A stretch of 64,000 bases of DNA from Octopus bimaculoides (GCF_001194135.2 NC_068988.1:81306023-81370022); one strand, 5' to 3'. Shown: positions 1-11,865, counted from the stretch's first letter. Translations and numbers: made by a program. Notes: a model not told the origin generated them from the sequence alone.

Positions 1-50
<50 letters not shown>

Positions 51-570
51 GTGTATGTGTGTTAGTGAGAAAGTAAGCTGTGGTTCTCTGATAATAGTTT
101 CCTGAAAAGTTGTTTGGATGTCAGTGTGTCAATATTCCATAGCTTGTTTTGGTGTGTGCTACAATTAAAAGGGTTGTAGTGGCAGCTGTTGTGTTCGCCG
201 CTGTTGACCTTCTTAGATGCAAGGCATCAACCAACTTGGCTTTGCCTGAAGGACACATTTGATCAGTCGGTTAAGGCAGAAAAAACAAACAAAAAGCTAA
301 CAACTTTGCATTGCCAGCTTAAATGGAAACACAACAATAAATAAAAGTTGGCAGATATGCCATGGAGATCGAATCATGGCTTGACTATCCGACACATTCT
401 TGTGTGAAACATGAACATCTCAATCTCCCATTGTATATCCACCAAAATTGATTTTCGGGTTAAGATAATTAAACCAACATTTTTCCTCGCAACAAGTCCA
501 TGTAAAGCCAATTTCATAATTGTAAAAACAGGACTGATTGAATTGATCCCTAGTATTTATCTGATTATTT

Positions 571-611
<41 letters not shown>

Positions 612-681
612 AAAGAAAAATGCAACGAGCTGCCAGAATCGTCAGTCTGTCGGATAAAAATGCTTAACAATTTCTCTTGAT

Positions 682-989
682 ACAGTTCTATATTTAAGAG
701 ATGAGGAATTATTTACATTATTTACATTTGACGGATATTCGTCCTCATATGGTGTAGTGGTTAAGAGCGCGGGCTACTAACCCCAAGGTTCCGAGTTCGA
801 TTCACGGCAACGACCTGATTAATAATAGTAATAATAATAATAATAATAATAGTAACATCGATGGGAATGAGAACCCAGGTTCGAAATTTCCCCAAGACAC
901 CTGACGAAGGCTGGAGGGTATATCAGCCGAAACGTTGTGTTAACAACAAACAAGATGAGGACGAATATCCGTCAAATGTAAATAATGTA
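682..989 (+). mobile_element. Palindromic tRNA-headed, hammerhead-bearing non-autonomous retroelement (PLE-tail SINE/retrozyme-like), copy 1
   Basis: 13-bp direct repeat AATTTCTCTTGAT at 669-681 and 990-1002. Inverted copy of the 3' tail at 682-748. A-box TAGTGGTTAAG 755-765 and B-box GTTCGATTC 795-803, then (AAT)n, then hammerhead at 896-941. Confidence 0.8.
896..941 (+). ncRNA. Minimal type I hammerhead ribozyme (intact core)
   Basis: Stem I GACAC/GUGUU. Core CUGACGA plus an extra A. Stem II GGCUG/CAGCC, then GAAA. Palindromic helix III AACGUU. Predicted cleavage after GUU at 936. Confidence 0.8.
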
Positions 990-1004
990 AATTTCTCTTG
1001 ATTT

Positions 1005-1110
1005 TGCTTTTCATTCTTTCGAGGTCGATAAAATAAGTACCAGTCAGCACAGGGGTCGATGTAATCGACAAGCTCACTCCTCTCAATCCCTTGGTCTTGT
1101 ACTAAAGTTA
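1005..1110 (+). mobile_element. tRNA-derived SINE fragment
   Basis: TTTGCTTTTCATTCTTTCGAGGTCGATAAAATAAGTACCAG matches the body of the full SINE at 52164-52393. Confidence 0.75.
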
Positions 1111-2694
1111 GAAAGAATTATTTCAAACTAGATGAGATTTAAATTTAGAATAATTAAGTAATTAGAAATATCTTGTCTAGCTTTGTTGTTTACTTGTTTC
1201 AATAAAAGCTTTTAAATCTAACATCTTGATTTATTTTGTTTAGTCACCTGACCAACGTTTGTAGAGAAGGAAAATATAAGTGGTGGATATGATCCTTGTG
1301 TACAGCTTTCTACATATTTAGTCGAACTCCAATTAAGGAGACATAAAGTCAGTTCCGATGGGATTCGAACTCAATATACTGCAATGCATTTTAGTCTGCA
1401 AGCTCCATCGTTTCTGCAAGCTCACCGCCTTCTTTTTATCTATGAAATATTGACTGATTTTTATTCTAAGTATCGATTTCTTTAGCTTTATATCAAACAC
1501 ATTAACAAGCCAGTGGTAGTGTAGGAGAGGTGTAAAATCGATATAATCTATTTCAGTATATTACAGGAACTTATGTTATCGATCTTAAGAAGTCAGTGGT
1601 GGCGTAGGAGAGGAGTATAATTGATGAAAATCTATTTTAGGCGACCTTGAAAGGGTTTGAACCTAGTGAACTAGTTACCGTAAATCACCGTCAATCGCTG
1701 TCAATCACCGAGTCCTACATTCTGCAACCTTAATTAACATTTCTCAAAGTGGGAGACTAACACTCACAACGAGATGTTTGGACTGTTTAAGATGTTATGA
1801 ATGAAGGTATTCTTAAAGAAGTGTTGGGTTTATTGTCGTGTCTTTCAAATGGTATAAAAGAAGGTTTGTTGGGTTATTGGATATTGTTAAGGCTGCGTAT
1901 TGTTCCCATACAAAACCAGGTTAACAGAAAAATTCATGTAATTTCACAACACCGCATAAGCATTTGAACATAATTTATTGTGTTGCATGAGAATGAAAAG
2001 ATGTTCATGCATTACATTTAATGGAATGCGATAAAGTGAAAATAGCATAATACGACATGCAAGGAAAATGTCTGTTCGAAGTTTAACACTTGGGCTAGTT
2101 TTGAAATATTAAGTAAATATACTGGTGCCGTGTCATGTCTTCTTTTTCTTCTCCTATATCCTCGACTGAATATGCAGCCGTTAGAACAGCGATGTATAGA
2201 GAGAGTAAATCAAAGCACGACCCAAGGCACTCTAAAATTGGCGTGAGTGGAGAACATGATGCCGACTTGGACGTCTACGATACTGGCGAATTTATTGACT
2301 ATAAATATAGGCTTTATTCACAGAAAGTTCCAGATGAACTAACAAACTATCATGTGAACAACAACCGTTGAATGAATAAGATCTCGGTTATGTACATTAT
2401 CAAACTGTGATTGAATTGTGATTTGAAATCCGTATGTGGTAAAACGCGGGTTCGAATCCAATGCTACAGGTATATTCTTTAATGTTTGATGTGTTAACAT
2501 TCTGGGTAATAGGTGTTATAGTGTATGAGGTAATGACTATAAAGTGTGGAAATCTTACTCTTATATTCCATTCACATGTAGAATTTTGTTGAATGTTGGG
2601 AGGGTTTTTATGTCAATAACAAACGCATGCATACAGCAATAATAGCTACAATACAACAACAATAACATCAGCAGCAACAACAACAATAATGGTT

Positions 2695-2900
2695 TCAAAT
2701 TTTATAGCCAGCAACGTTAGCGGAGGTAGTTAGTCGTTAACACCGACCCCAGTGCTTCCCTGATACGTTTTATCGAGTCTGAAAGAACGAAAGGCAAAGC
2801 CAACCTCAGCGGAATTTGAACACATAGCGTAAAGAACCGGAAGAAATGCTTTTAAGCATTTTGTTCACTGCAAAACGATTCTGGCAGCTTGCTGGTCATA
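2695..2900 (-). mobile_element. tRNA-derived SINE, degenerate
   Basis: Reverse complement of the 52164-52393 family (GAAAGAACGAAAGGCAAAGCCAACCTCAGCGGAATTTGAAC). Confidence 0.7.
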
Positions 2901-2914
2901 ATAATAATCGTTAC

Positions 2915-3780
2915 TAATTTTAGCACAAGGCCAGCAGTTTTAGAAGGTAAGGTGAAGTCAATGACATCGGACCCCATGCTCAACTAGTACTTATTTTATC
3001 AACCCTAGTCGATCCTAGGACAGTACTGGGATCTATTTTAAAACGGGGGCGCCAGTATTTTCCTAACGAAACACTTTGAAACTTGGGACACTGGTAGAAT
3101 GTGTCATATAAAACATCTTTTACTCTTAGTCTTCTTAACAAAAAAAAAAAAAAAAAAAGAAATTCGCAAGTTATTCCATGTTAAAGTTGTCGTATTTCTG
3201 TAATTTCAATCAATCACTGACGTCTATTCAGCTGAATAGAGTTACTGCTGAGCGGTCATAAAAATGTTATTCCCTGTGACATATTTCATCAGGTTTAATC
3301 GTAATTTATACGCATATATTGTTTATATAATAAATTACGCTGTGCGTATCTATGTGTGTAACAATTTTAGAGTTCGGATTCTAGAGTTAGGGTTAGGGTT
3401 ACCAGTCTAGTTAGGGTTAGGGGATTAATACGATATACACCGTTACAGCGCTAACTGTTTTCAACTGAATAGACGTCAGTGATTAGTAGAAATTATCGAA
3501 ATAAGACAATTTTTTACATGAAATAAATTCGAATACAAAAATATTTTTCTGTTCTATAACACAAAATAGTGTTATGAACGAAGTTTGAAAGTCTTTCCGT
3601 ACCAAAAACACTACATAAAACATAAATGAAAACTGGCGCCCCCGTTTTAAAATAGATCCCAGTACTGCGAAAGGATGAAAGGCAAAGTCGATCTCAGTGG
3701 TTTTTGAACTCAGAAGGTGAAGAATAGGGAGAAATGCTACTAAGCATTTTCTCTGACACGCTGCCGCTTCTGCCAGCAGT
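2915..3780 (-). mobile_element. SINE interrupted by a TIR element
   Basis: SINE sequence stops near TTATTTTATCAACCC (~3005) and resumes at CGAAAGGATGAAAGGCAAAGTCG (3668). Confidence 0.7.
3021..3667. mobile_element. Non-autonomous foldback/TIR element (MITE) with nested inverted repeats and internal TTAGGG repeats
   Basis: 36-bp TIR CAGTACTGGGATCTATTTTAAAACGGGGGCGCCAGT at 3021 and its reverse complement ending at 3667. A second imperfect inverted repeat pairs ~3160-3260 with ~3440-3535. TTAGGG runs at 3387-3422. Confidence 0.85.
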
Positions 3781-5199
3781 AACAAAAGTTATTTTTTTCT
3801 CTCCAGTGCAAGTGTTTCTTATTGGCACAATGAATCTCCGACCATACCACAATCTGTTACAGGAATTCACATCAAGAAGCTTTCGAACCAAATGTAAAAA
3901 CGACAACACGTAGGATGTAAGTAAAAACAGCCAGTGGATAGGAAATGTTTGGGTACCACAGTTCATACCACTGGCTATTCTCATCGTTATGCATCCGTTT
4001 ATTTATAGCGGCAGTAACAACATTGGAAAATATGCGAGTCGTTAAGTAGTCGCCCAGACTTTTAGGAACAGCAACCGAACCTCCAACGCATGACATCCCA
4101 CCGTCAAAAAAAAAAAAACCCCCAAAAAAAAACAACCATAAACATAAAAATCAGAAAAAAAAGAAAGACGTATTGGCTATTGCAATCCTTGCTATATTAT
4201 CTTCGAAAGAAAAGATAGGATGGACACAGTTTAAGTAGTTTTGATTTATCAAGGCTGACTTGAGGCGAAACAACAACGTCAAGAAAAAATAATTTGCAGA
4301 GATAAAATGCAGCACACACACTCACTCTCATACACACACGTGCATACACACTTCAAAGAATTGACAGCTTTCTTAGCAACCGAATACATTTGATAGATCC
4401 TGGTATATAGGGTTATACATACATACAACACACGCATACACACATATGTATGTATGTATGTATCCGATTGTTTTTTTTTCTTCTCATGGCTGACCAGTTT
4501 TAAGAATGTCAAGCAAAATATCACAAGATACGTATACACGCATGCATGTGTGCTGGCTTTCACATTAATGGTTGCTCAGTCGATATTCACACAACTGAAT
4601 CAGAATGGCAACCTTTCTTAACTGATCTCAGAATATTTATTTATTTTTGTTTCTTTCTGGATCTTCGTACTTATTCAAGAAAGAAAAAATACAATAAAAG
4701 AAAATGTATCTCAACCATTTTTTTAATACCTATGGATCTCTTTGATTCCTATTTTACTCGGATGGATAATCCGAGCCATTTGATGTTTAAAAAATCCTGT
4801 TATATTTTTATAATTAAATATTAATAGGAATTGTATACAAATAATTATTAAAATATTTTGTGCGTCGTAGAAGTATAACCAAATTAATGCAGGTAAATTT
4901 TAAACAGTAAAATTTTATATAGACTACCATCCGTATGTACATACATGTTGGCTGCAACTCCATTTCGAGCAATGCCAAAGATTGATTGTTCTCTTAGAGC
5001 AACATGGATATGACTTTCCAGCTCTGCATGAAACCTGCACACTTTCGCACAAAAGTTTACCATCCACGTTAACACAAGCCTTCATTCCTTGCCAGCCATA
5101 TTATGCAACACATTAAAAAAAAATCAAGCGATGCTTGTACTTGATGCTTTTTAAAGTGAGGAAAGGCCTTTTACAGGGCCAAACCCCAGTATCTAAACA

Positions 5200-5330
5200 A
5201 GGGATGCATTTTCCCCCACAGAAGAACTAGTCTACACCATTAAATGCAAACAAAGTCGCTGGTGGTACATCAGACTTTTCCTTCACATTGAAAAGTGGGG
5301 TGGCTCTCACTAACAGTTGCTGTATAGCCA
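5200..5330 (+). pseudogene. Possible highly degraded LINE ORF2 fragment (pre-RT region)
   Basis: Frameshifted TEELVYTI / LNANKVAGGTSDFSFTLKSG weakly resembles the EEV..AI..LK.NKA.G.DG..E.LK.G motif. Confidence 0.3.
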
Positions 5331-6486
5331 TTGTCTCAACTGACTTCAACTGCCCTTTGATAAGTTTTGATTTTCGTTCAACGAAAACCACTAATGTAGC
5401 CGACGGTCCGACCATGCAGCACCAGTAGCACTAAGAGTGACCTAACATACATACATACATTCGTACACACACACGTGTGTGAATGTGAGGGTGCATAGGT
5501 TTCTTTTCATTATACAAGTTTTTTTAATTCATGGGAAATAAACTGTTATGTTGTTTATGCTTTTCCTAACAACATTAAGAAAGGTTTGATATCAACTGTG
5601 ACTCGAAACGGCTTCTCAATATTGGTTTACAAATACTCCATTATATTTAAGCTTAGAACTCTGTGGAAAGTTCCATAGAGCAAAAGGTGGGTGAACTGGA
5701 TCCATAAGTCATTCTGGATTTCTAATGGATTTGCAGTCTCTTGTTTCCAACGCTGCTGATACTGTAGGGGAAAGGTGTGAAATCACTTTTTATATCTCCT
5801 TTTCTATATATCATCTATATTCTTCGTTGGAAGAAACCAAGTAGCAATTTGGAAATTTTATTTCAAATATGAGTTTGACAGCATTATTATATAAAGAGAA
5901 ATTTAATGCCACAATGTTAAACCGAAGTTTTCTGAACTCTAATTCTAGAAATAAGAGGAAAACGTGGTTCACTTTTTGTTTTCCATTGAATTACATTTCC
6001 TAAGTTTACCGACAATTTGTATACGACTTGAAATTACGAAATTACGTACAATTTCCTAAAGCGATTGATAAAATTTTTTATCTCACTTAACTTCAAGTTC
6101 ACCTGAAATACTTAATCAAAAACACCAATATTTAAGTGAAAAAAAATTAACGTTTGAGAACGGAACTGGAGAAAACTATTTAACACTTTAGTTCTATTTC
6201 TGTTGATGTACACTGCCTTTGTTTCGATTCATTTTTTTAAATGATGAAGGATTTAATAAAATACATTTGTAGGTATTAAACTAGTGTTTGGAACCTAAAT
6301 TAACGTGAAATTTTCGTGGAAGGTTTTCATTTAGACCATTTTAAAACATAAAGCTTGTATCATAGAATCAGAATTCTTTACATTTTAAGATGAATTAACA
6401 TTTTCTTTATCTGAGGACTAAGTATGTTGTTCATTGTTCTTTTAGTCTTCTTTCAGTCATTGCACAACGAGTTTTTATAATATATA

Positions 6487-7320
6487 TGTAACGGTTGGTT
6501 CTTGGGAAGGCTGCAATTCTCTTGTTTGGGGTCACCACTTGAAACGATAAAGGTTAATTAAAGTCGAGGGTCACCAATTGTAACGGTTAAGTTTTTATTT
6601 AGTGTAGTTACCAATTGTAACGACTAAGATTGATTAGGTACACAATAATATATGTCGGAGTCAGCAGTTGTAACGATAAAAATTCGTTGTTATAACAGCA
6701 TGTTGTAGGATGTGAAAGATGAACAATGCATGAAGTTTTAAAGAAATATTTATTTACCGTTACGTTACAATACCTTGCCTCGACGGGAAGGTTATGATAA
6801 ATCCAAAAGCATCCGAAGTAAAGTTTGTGTCCTCTTCATTGTTTAGTAGTAATTACAGAGAGAGATAGAATGATGTTGTAAGAGAATAGAATTAGAGCTA
6901 GTGAGAGTTGTAGGGGGTGGGACGTTGTCTCACAGTTGTTGACAGTAAACTTCATCTCTCCCTCTGACCAAGGTTCTAGCTGGTCAGCCAGACTTCGTTC
7001 TCATTGAGTCGTCACCGACGACTTTTGCTTGGGGAGTTCTTGCTTTTATAACTATCCAGAAGGATAGACATATCATTGAGAACAATAGATTTAGTTGGTG
7101 TTCATGTTATCTCTATTCTAGCTTTTGGTGAAGTAGAAGAGGTTATAAAGGGTCAAGTAGTGAAGACATTATTTTGGCCTAGCTAAAGGCATCTGGAAAA
7201 TGTAAAACTGCTGTCAGAGAAAAACCATTGTTCCACTGTGGGGAAAAGTTCTGTTGCAGTGTTAATTTAAATTTGGCTATGGTGGATCGAATCCACTTCA
7301 TGCATACAAGATCCACTACA
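6487..7320 (-). mobile_element. Probable solo LTR (Gypsy-type)
   Basis: TATA|TGTAAC...CACTACA|TATA: TG..CA termini with a 4-bp TATA duplication. TTTATT (reverse poly(A) signal) near the left end. Internal TGTAACG repeats. Confidence 0.5.
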
Positions 7321-8535
7321 TATAGAAATGAACAATGAAAGATGACTATGGAGGACATAAGCGCGCGCAAACACACTATCACTCTTTCCCACAAACACAC
7401 ACACACGCAAGACGACAGATTTTTCAGGCAGTTTCCGTCTTCGAAATTCTACTCTAAAGACAAAGTAACTGTCGGTTCGAACGTAGAACCACGTGGCTAT
7501 GAAACGAACTTCTTAAACACGCAATCAAAAATGTAGTCATAGCACACAAGTATTTCTGGTTTGGAGAATCACTTTTGGACCAAACTGTTGTTTTTGACTT
7601 TAGCAATTATAATTCCAGTTTTGATGTGATATTGGACTAAAGTTTTCGCCATATCATCGTCATATTTTAAATTAAATTTTATTTTTGTTACTTTTTATTG
7701 ATCATTTCAGTATTGCACTATCAATGTATAATGTCCAGCGGTGTTTATGGATAAATTTTCACTGTAATTACTGCGTATCAAACATTAAGACAATTAATAT
7801 AAGGATATTAGCATTTAAAATACCGATTCTATAACTGTCCTCAATCAACCAAACTTCTCACCTTTCTTCGCATGTAAATTCAATTCCATATCAGTCTTTT
7901 ACTAGTTTTTACTCTGGATTTTTGATGTTCGATATTTGTACCTTGTTAAGTTTTTGCTTTTAATGTCGCCGTCTTTGAACAAAGATCGATTCAAACTTTA
8001 GAATTGATTTTGGATAAATCCATCTATCGAACTTATATTCACGTTTTCATCAACAAACTGTATATAATTAATTGCTTTCTTTTTTTTTCTTCAAACATTA
8101 AAAACTTTCATTTTTCCTATTTATTACGATCTGACTTCTTCACGTGCATTCTTCGAATAATTTCTTGCTAAACCATTCAGTTGCATGTGATTTATGACTT
8201 CGAGACATTTTCTTTTAATTAGCATCACCAGAAAAAGTTTGTCCGTCATCATTACCATAATCATTATTGTTGTTCTTGTGTCATGAGCATTTGTTGTCAT
8301 TCTACTGTAGTTTATTTTGTTGATCGAAAAATTATATTTCAAAGATATTATTTCCATGCTATGGGTTACGGAATTGTTTAAGGGAGTTGCGAGCAACCGC
8401 ATATGTTGGTCTATAAATAGACTGGATATACAAGACGACCCCCAAAATTTCCTTTTAAAAATTAGGCTTGAAGCTATACTCGCTGGCAGTGGCTGGGAGG
8501 TGTGTGTGACAGACCCCTCTATAACAGTAGGAACA

Positions 8536-8780
8536 TCATTCTTATTATTCTTTTATTTGTTCCAGTCATTTGACTGGGCCATGCTGGAGCACTACCTTAA
8601 GTCGAATAAAATTGATCTTAGTCGAACAAATTGACCCCAGAACTTTTTTTTTGTAAGCCTAGTTCTTACTATATCGGTCTCTGTTGCTAAACCGCTAAGT
8701 TACGGTGACATGACACACCAACATCGGTTGTCAAGCGATGGTGGTGGGACAAACATAGACACAAACACACAAATATATAC
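8536..8780 (-). mobile_element. SINE whose 3' tail resembles the CR1-group LINE tail
   Basis: CAGTCATTTGACTGGGCCATGCTGGAGCACTACC...CCGCTAAGTTACGG. The tail motif is shared with 40537-40580. Confidence 0.7.
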
Positions 8781-8989
8781 ATCGGCAGGCTTAATAACAC
8801 CAACACATGCACCACCGGCAACATACGCGGAGGCAGTAACACTACCGACGCAACCACCATCTCGAGTGACACCACCACCAATAGCCCCAGCTCCAGTACC
8901 AGCACCACCAGAATCAACACCAGTGGTAGCGCCAGCAGCATCAACAATTACAATCGCAACAACAGCACCGACAGCAGCAGCAATAATAG

Positions 8990-9600
8990 GCACGTCACCG
9001 ACTCCACACAGCCAAAGAAATACATTAGTTGCGTGGGAACTTCCTTTAAGAAACGTCCTTCCAACCATAAATCCTCCTTCAGGGTCCTGGAAAGGAGATA
9101 TGTAAAATCGCTGGCCAGCCATTTCTGGCAACTGAAGGAAGATAGAATTCCATACTCGATATCATGGAATTTCTTCTACCATCCGTGTCTGTACAACAAT
9201 GGAACGAAATGCTGCAAGCTATGTGTAGCCAAACGCATGGAAATCCTGAAAAACTTGCATGTACCAGGACCATGCTGAACTCCAGAATGGAGATTTCTCT
9301 TACCATTTTGGGAACTACATAATAGCGATAATAGCAGTTTAAGTAATAATTATACCACAGCTGGAAATTGATTGCTGATGAGAGCAGGAGATAACCCCCT
9401 ACCTTTTACCCTCGTAGCTGAAGGAGGACGACACAATTGGAAGCTGATGACCAGCAGCAAAGGGACATAATCCTCATTGTATCTGTCTCGTTTATACCTC
9501 CATATCTTAAAGAGGCTATAAGCCAACAGGTCTTAGAGTCTGAAGTTAAACCATAAAAGTACTCTTTATGGCGAGAAACCTAGGGTAACTCTATTAACCA
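8990..9600 (+). mobile_element. Penelope-like element fragment: GIY-YIG endonuclease C-terminal half plus 3' terminus
   Basis: KKYISCVGTSFKKRPSNHKSSF...LASHFWQLKEDRIPYSISW...YNNGTKCCKLCVAKRMEI fits the PLE pattern YIG..FK.R..NH..SF / W.LK / C.LC..E. Confidence 0.8.
9535..9592 (+). ncRNA. Degenerate type I hammerhead ribozyme at a PLE 3' end
   Basis: Stem I AGAGU/ACUCU. Core CUGAAGU (A9 mutated). Stem II CCAUAAAAG/CUUUAUGG, then GAAA. Near-palindromic ACCUAGGGU, then GUA. Confidence 0.6.
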
Positions 9601-9624
9601 GCCTTCATCAGTAATATATATAGA

Positions 9625-9780
9625 TAGGCTTCTTTCAGTTTCTGTCTACCAAATCCACTCACAAGGCTTTGGCTGGCCTGAGGCTATAGTAGAAGACACT
9701 TGTCTAAGGTGCCACTCAGTGGGACTGAACCCAGAACCATGTGGTTGGGAAGCAAGCTTCTTACCACACAGCCTACGCCA
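9625..9780 (-). mobile_element. tRNA-derived SINE (CORE-like central motif)
   Basis: Reverse complement GGCTGTGTGGTAAGAAGCTTGCTTCCCAACCACATGGTTCTGGGTTCAGTCCC...AAGTGTCTTCTACTATAGCC. A related degenerate copy lies at ~7425-7525. Confidence 0.75.
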
Positions 9781-11414
9781 AATGTTTTTACCAAAAGCAT
9801 GTTTTGATATATGCTGAACCAAAACCAAAACTTGTAACCTACTTATAAATTTATTTTACCAGCTGCAACAGAAAATAACATTGGATCAAGTCCCTTTAAT
9901 TGTATATATAAACAGTGTAGTTCTAAGATGTAAATAAAAAAGTAAAACACATATAAAATCTGCCTGTTTCATTTATTATTGAAAATTATAATGACACCAG
10001 CCCACAGAGCTGGCCCCGAAGGACTTGTAACCTTCTGTTATATAAAAATGTATTGTGATAGGCCAGTCATAGAAGGTATTATCTGTTCTAGGACTGTAGG
10101 AGCAATGCAAATGTTTTAGGCTGTTCTCCTTTGCCATTGGTGATGCTCTAAACCACAGCATGTTAAGGTTCGGATTTTACACTCAGTGTTTAAGATGACC
10201 CTTGGTTTTGAAGTGATATTTCAAAGGTTCAAATTCCGCCCTGTGCATCAACATATTCTACAAGAGTTTGTTTTGTTTCTATGATCCTCACCCAAGAATT
10301 AATTAATCAATACCAGGTATATATTAGAGGGTAAATTGTGTTGCTACGCATAAGTCACTAAACTCTATGCTAGTGTCATGACTTTTATATCAAAGCAGAC
10401 TGTAGTCATTACTGCAATATACTTAAACAAAGTCGAGTTGTTTCATCACTTGATAGTAATGACTTAGGTACCTTCTCGTTACAAGGATGAATGTCTCTTA
10501 ATCATTTTACAAATGAAAACACAGAGAAGCTTCAGTATAACATAAGCCCTTCCAGTAAAGGAGACAGAAGATTTTGACAATTTCTGATAACTCAATAGAA
10601 TCTGTAGCTACAGAATTTTTCATGGAAGAATGCTAGAGAATGAATATCTGTTGACTCTTCCAGACCCACAAAATTCAAACCTGTTACTGCAAAGAAACAC
10701 AATATCAATTTATTAATGCACTTTATGCATACTACAAAGAGTCTCATCAGCCCCTTTATTTACTGCTAGGAAGGTTGATTATGATTACTCTTGGAAGTAA
10801 ATGTTAAAATTACCAAATGTATGCATTAAACGTGACAAGTGGAAAAAAATATTCTTGAAAAGATTTGAACAGAGGCAGCCTGGAAACTGGGGAAGATAGT
10901 AATGGCTAATCCCCTCCCTGCAAAATTACTGCTGTTGACAGGAATTCATCATTTTTCATGTTGATATTGTTGTTGTTAGTGTAATTCCTCAATAAATTAT
11001 GCTCTGAATCATCAGAAATACTTTTTCCCCTCTCTTTTTCTGTATGGCAGACGTTAGAAGTAGAATTAAAGACAGCAACTAACTGCTTATTATTCCCAAC
11101 AGCTCCAGCTTCTTGTGGTACAGTTTTACTGAAAATAATTCGTTTTTGAAAGATTTTTCAAGATAATAATTTATTTAATTATAAAGCGGCTAACCTCAGA
11201 TAATGATATGGAACTTGTAATTTAGTAATTTTGTTTTCGAAAATTCCAGAATAAAATCCATCAAGTGATCTGAAAAATCATGTTCCTTTTCATGGTAATC
11301 GATCCACAGGGAAAACTTTTACAACAAAAATGAGAAAAAAAATTAAAATAGAAATATACATAAAAACAACAGAAAACAAGAAAGCTGTTATATTTTCAAA
11401 ACAATAAACAGTGG

Positions 11415-11417
11415 CAA

Positions 11418-11459
<42 letters not shown>

Positions 11460-11613
11460 CAGTAGCAGTAGTAACATTGGCAGCAATTGTAGTAGTGGTT
11501 GCTAAGTAACAACAATAACAACAAAAACAACATTCTTCAATATTATTGATTTTATTTTTCAGAATTAAATATTTAGAGAATTTCTTCAAAATTGTTCAGA
11601 AATGTTCAAGTTT

Positions 11614-11685
<72 letters not shown>

Positions 11686-11865
11686 ATGGTGGTGGTGTTA
11701 TTAGTAGTACAAGTGATTGTAGTGGTTGTAGTACTGGTAATATTAATAGCAGTACTACTACTTGTAGCATTTGTGGTAGTAATAGCAGCATTGGCAGTGG
11801 TAGTAGTTGTGGTGGTGGTGGTAGTGATATTAGTAGTAGCAATAGCAGCAGTAATAGTAGTAGTT
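11415..11865. repeat. (AGT)n microsatellites and degenerate trinucleotide tract
   Basis: Pure AGT runs at ~11417-11458 and ~11614-11683, followed by a degenerate AGT/GGT/AGC tract. Confidence 0.95.

Noticed and set aside
749-815. tRNA gene
   Set aside because: It has A/B boxes but no paired acceptor stem; it is the head of a repeat element.
3387-3422. Interstitial telomere or chromosome fusion scar
   Set aside because: Only a few TTAGGG units are present, internal to a TIR element.
8700-9131. Pro/Thr/Ala-rich 131-143 aa ORFs
   Set aside because: They start inside a SINE and run into the PLE endonuclease fragment; this is low-complexity linker sequence, not a host gene.
9370-9460. Two additional CTGATGA words near the PLE end
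   Set aside because: No downstream stem II, GAAA or helix III, so these are not hammerheads.
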